IMG/VR virus record: IMGVR_UViG_2671180680_000002
Length of the DNA stretch: 25,158 bases
Direction: 5' to 3' (one strand)
From: a virus
Taxonomy: Duplodnaviria > Heunggongvirae > Uroviricota > Caudoviricetes
Shown: positions 19,631-25,158 of the stretch, piece by piece
Position numbering within the stretch: the stretch's first letter is position 1
How the letters are laid out: each line of letters starts with the position of its first letter
Notes under the pieces: model-generated
Told to the model about the DNA's origin: nothing
The model's input: the letters and a program-made list of their open reading frames with translations, nothing else
Database searches by the model: none
Translations under genes and position numbers: made by a program

Positions 19631-20939
19631 TTAAGACCAGCTGCGCGGCGCTCCATCGTTTCACGGACCTGCTGGGCAAAAATTTCCTGATAGTCGTCAC
19701 CGCGTTTCGCGCACTCTTTCTCGTAGGTGCTCAGTCCGGCTTCTATCAGCATCACCGCTTCCTGAACTTCTTTCAGACCATCGATGGCCATACGACCGGA
19801 GCCTATCCAGTCGCAGTTCCCCCAGGCACTGCGGGCTTCCTGAAAGCTGAAGCGCGCTTTTGAAGGTAACGTCACCACGCGGCGAACGATGGCCTCTTCC
19901 AGCCAGCACAGAAACATCTGGCTCGCCTGACGGGATGCGACGAATTTTCGCCGCCCCATAAAGTACGCCCACGACTCGTTCGCACTGGCCCGTGCCGTGG
20001 AGTAGCTCATCTGGGCGTAATTCCGGGAAAGTTGCTCATACGAGACACCCAGCCCGGCAGCGATATACCGCAACAGTGACTGCTCAAACACGGAGTAGCC
20101 GTTATCCGTGTCCTGAGCCGTCTGCAGGTTCAGTGAGTCCCCCGGCATCAGGTGCGGCACTTTTGCGCCTCCCAGACGGACCGGTGCTGCGGCGTAATAC
20201 GCGGCAATTTCACCAATCCAGCCCGTCAGCCTTTCCCGCTGCTCCTTACTGTTCGCGCCCAGAATAAAATCCATCGCTGACTGCGTATCCAGCTCACTTT
20301 CAATGGTGGCGGCATACATCGCCTTCACAATGGCGCTCTGCAGCTGCGTGTTCTGCAGCGTGTCGAGCATCTTCATCTGCTCCATTACGCTGTAAAACAC
20401 ATTTGCACCGCGGGTCTGCCCGTCCTCCACGGGTTCAAAAACGTGAATGAACGAGGCGCGCCCGCCGGGTAACTCACGGGGTATCCATGTCCATTTCTGC
20501 GGCATCCAGCCAGGATAGCCGTCCTCGCTGACGTAATATCCCAGCGCCGCACCGCTGTCATTAATCTGCACACCGGCACGGCAGTTCCGGCTGTCGCCGG
20601 TATTGTTCGGGTTGCTGATGCGCTTCGGGCTGACCATCCGGAACTGTGTCCGGAAAAGCCGCGACGAACTGGTATCCCAGGTGGCCTGAACGAACAGTTC
20701 ACCGTTAAAGGCGTGCATGGCCACACCTTCCCGAATCATCATGGTAAACGTGCGTTTTCGCTCAACGTCAATGCAGCAGCAGTCATCCTCGGCAAACTCT
20801 TTCCATGCCGCTTCAACCTCGCGGGAAAAGGCACGGGCGTCTTCCTCCCCGATGCCCAGATAGCGCCAGCTTGGGCGATGACTGAGCCGGAAAAAAGACC
20901 CGACGATATGATCCTGATGCAGCTGGATGGCGTTGGCAG
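19631..20939 (-). CDS. B: portal protein B (both ends lost in N-runs)
   Basis: Continuous frame ...NAIQLHQDHIVGSFFRLSHRPSWRYLGIGEEDARAFSREVEAAWKEFAEDDCCCIDVERKRTFTMMIREGVAMHAF...RETMERRAAGL is lambda gpB-like. The ORF-track start at 20742 is only the first in-frame Met. Confidence 0.88.
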
Positions 20940-21211
20940 NNNNNNNNNNNNNNNNNNNNNNNNNNNNNNNNNNNNNNNNNNNNNNNNNNNNNNNNNNNNN
21001 NNNNNNNNNNNNNNNNNNNNNNNNNNNNNNNNNNNNNNNNNNNNNNNNNNNNNNNNNNNNNNNNNNNNNNNNNNNNNNNNNNNNNNNNNNNNNNNNNNNN
21101 NNNNNNNNNNNNNNNNNNNNNNNNNNNNNNNNNNNNNNNNNNNNNNNNNNNNNNNNNNNNNNNNNNNNNNNNNNNNNNNNNNNNNNNNNNNNNNNNNNNN
21201 NNNNNNNNNNN

Positions 21212-23277
<2,066 letters not shown>

Positions 23278-23303
<26 letters not shown>

Positions 23304-23823
23304 TCAGCAACCCCGGTATCAGTTCATCCAGCGCGGCTGCTTTGTTCATGGCTTTGATGATATCCCGTTTCAGGAAATCAACATGTCGGTTTTCCAGTTC
23401 CGGAAAACGCCGCTGCACCGACAGGGGGATCCCGTCGAGAATACTGGCAATTTCACCTGCGATCCGCGACAGCACGAAAGTACAGAATGCGGTTTCCACC
23501 ACTTCAGCGGAGTCTCTGGCATTTTTCAGCTCCTGTGCGTCGGCCTGCGCACGCGTAAGTCGATGGCGTTCGTACTCAATAGTCCCTGGCTGGAGATCTG
23601 TCTCGCTGGCCTGCCGCAGTTCTTCAACTTCCCGGCGCAGCTTTTCGTTCTCAATTTCAGCATCCCTTTCGGCATACCATCTTATAACGGCGGCAGAGTC
23701 ATAAAGCACCTCATTACCCTTGCCACCGCCTCGCAGAACGGGCATTCCCTGTTCCTGCCAGTTCTGAATGGTACGGATACTCGCACCGAAAATGTCAGCC
23801 AGCTGCTTTTTGTTGACTTCCAT
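23278..23823 (-). CDS. Nu1: terminase small subunit Nu1
   Basis: 181-aa ORF MEVNKKQLADIFGASIRTIQNWQEQGMPVLRGGGKGNEVLYDSAAV... with an N-terminal helix-turn-helix. 546 nt as in lambda Nu1. Confidence 0.93.
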
Positions 23824-23839
23824 TGTTCATTCCACGGAC

Positions 23840-24012
23840 AAAAACAGAGAAAGGAAACGACAGAGGCCAAAAAGCCCGTTTTCAGCACCTGTCGTTTCCT
23901 TTCTTTTCAGGGGGTGTTTTAAATAAAAACATTAGGTTACGGCGAAGAAGAACGGAAACGCCTTAAACCGGAAAATTGTCATAAATAGCGAAAACCCGCG
24001 CGCCTTCCGCCC
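23840..24012. other. cos: cos site: cosB (three Nu1 R-elements) plus cosN cohesive-end 12-mer
   Basis: R-element cores GGAAACG at 23853-23859, CGTTTCC at 23893-23899 and GGAAACG at 23954-23960. Flanks align to the lambda left-end and right-end junction. The 12-mer at 24001-24012 (plus CGCCTTCCGCCC, minus-strand GGGCGGAAGGCG) sits where lambda has GGGCGGCGACCT. Confidence 0.75.
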
Positions 24013-24048
24013 CGTAACCTGTCGGATCGCCGGAAAGGACCCGCAAAA

Positions 24049-24063
24049 TGATAATAATTATCA
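24049..24063. promoter_or_regulatory. perfect 7-1-7 inverted repeat TGATAAT-A-ATTATCA (Fur-box-like palindrome)
   Basis: TGATAATAATTATCA at 24049-24063, about 40 bp from cosN and about 150 bp upstream of the plus-strand ORF at 24212. Confidence 0.3.
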
Positions 24064-24211
24064 TCTACATGTCACAACGTGCATCTACGCCATCAAACCA
24101 CGTCAAATAATCAATTATGACGCAGGTATCGTATTAATTGATCTGCATCAACTTAACGTAAAAACAACTTCAGACAATACAAATCAGCGACACTGAATAC
24201 AGGGCAACCTC

Positions 24212-24445
24212 ATGTCAACGAAGAACAGAACCCGCAGAACAACAACCCGCAACATCCGCTTTCCTAACCAAATGATTGAACAAATTAACATCGCTCTTGT
24301 TCAAAAAGGGTCCGGGAATTTCTCAGCCTGGGTCATTGAAGCCTGCCGCCGGAGACTGTGCTCAGAAAAAAGAGTTTCGCCTGAAGCAAACAAAGAAAAG
24401 AGTGACATTACTGAATTGCTCAGAAAACAGGTTAGACCAGATTGA
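24212..24445 (+). CDS. small cos-proximal protein, DUF3950 (YlcI-like) family
   Basis: 77-aa ORF MSTKNRTRRTTTRNIRFPNQMIEQINIALVQKGSGNFSAWVIEACRRRL... Resembles the small conserved protein encoded next to cos in lambdoid prophages (ylcI in DLP12). Opposite strand to the late operon. Family assignment is from memory. Confidence 0.6.
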   Translation: MSTKNRTRRTTTRNIRFPNQMIEQINIALVQKGSGNFSAWVIEACRRRLCSEKRVSPEANKEKSDITELLRKQVRPD

Positions 24446-24502
24446 AGCAATTTAGATAATCGTGCAGACTACGCCCCCTCATATCACATGGAAGGTACTA
24501 CA

Positions 24503-24913
24503 ATGGCTCAGGTTGCCATTTTTAAACAAATATTCGATAAAGTGCGAAATAATTTAAACTATCACTGGTTTTATTCTGAACTAAAACGTCACAATGTCTC
24601 ACATTACATTTACTATTTAGCCACAGAGAATATTCATCTTGTTCTTGAAAACGATAATACGGTTTTAATAAAAGGACAGGGTAAGGTTGTAAATGTAAGA
24701 TTTTCAAAAAATAAATGCCTTATAGAAGCCACCTTAAAAGGATTCAAATCAGGAGAGTTATCATTTTACGAATACAGGAAAAATCTTGCTACAGCAGGGG
24801 TTTTCAGATGGATTACAAATATCCACGAAAACAAAAGGTATTACTATACCTTTGATAATTCATTACTCTTTACTGAGAACATACAGAACACTACACAAAT
24901 ATTTCCGCACTAA
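24503..24913 (+). CDS. DUF1398 (YbcV-like) family protein
   Basis: ATG at 24503 preceded by GGAAGG gives [58 protein letters not shown]... (136 aa). Markedly AT-rich. Position matches ybcV next to ylcI near cos in DLP12-type prophages. The ORF-track start at 24488 is rejected. Confidence 0.6.
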   Translation: MAQVAIFKQIFDKVRNNLNYHWFYSELKRHNVSHYIYYLATENIHLVLENDNTVLIKGQGKVVNVRFSKNKCLIEATLKGFKSGELSFYEYRKNLATAGVFRWITNIHENKRYYYTFDNSLLFTENIQNTTQIFPH

Positions 24914-24958
24914 ATCATAACGTCCGGTTTCTTCCGTGCCAGAACCGGACTCGCTGGC

Positions 24959-25158
24959 ATGATGAAATATGTGTACCCGGTAACCCCGGTGTGCATCGTT
25001 TTTGATTATTCCCGCACACTCGCGCAGAAGGAGTTCCCCGTCGGGCTACGGTCTCTGTTAATACGGGAATACGGCGACGATTGGATTTGCCCCTATATTT
25101 CCAGACATCTGTTATCACTTAACCCATTACAAGCCCGCTGCCGCAGATATTCCCGTGG
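24959..25158 (+). CDS. hypothetical protein, 5' fragment running off the window edge
   Basis: ATG at 24959 opens a frame with no stop through 25158 (MMKYVYPVTPVCIVFDYSRTLAQKEFPVGLRSLLIREYGDDWICPYISRHLL...). No clear RBS, rare codons, no family recognised. Confidence 0.2.
   Translation, partial: MMKYVYPVTPVCIVFDYSRTLAQKEFPVGLRSLLIREYGDDWICPYISRHLLSLNPLQARCRRYSR

Noticed and set aside
24922-24950. Hairpin after the DUF1398 gene as a terminator
   Set aside because: Stem of about 8 bp with a long loop and no U-tract; weak.

Overview
This window is the reverse-complement view of the late (head and tail) arm of a lambda-like siphovirus prophage, probably in an Escherichia coli-type host. All structural genes lie on the minus strand, running from high to low coordinates: cos (cosB R-elements 23853-23960, cosN 24001-24012), Nu1, A, W, B, C/Nu3, D, E, FI, FII, Z, U, V, G/G-T, H, M, L, K, I, J, lom, stf, tfa. 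For most head and tail-shaft genes the lengths, spacers and overlaps equal those I remember for phage lambda (for example D 333 nt, E 1026 nt, Nu1/A overlap 26 nt, K/I overlap 103 nt). The parts that deviate are the distal third of J, stf, an internally deleted lom, the cosN 12-mer, and the AT-rich flanks at both ends (1-767 and about 24013-25158). Six N-runs (3655-3949, 11336-11599, 15748-15977, 19354-19630, 20940-21211, 21835-22084) interrupt stf, H, Z, B/C, W/B and A; their lengths are not faithful, so frames across them cannot be trusted. I recognised no rRNA, tRNA, CRISPR array or IS element. All identifications come from reading the translated ORFs against remembered lambda proteins and gene coordinates; no database search or alignment was run. 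I found no clearly novel multi-gene system; the strongest leads are the variant cosN and the small accessory modules on the two flanks.
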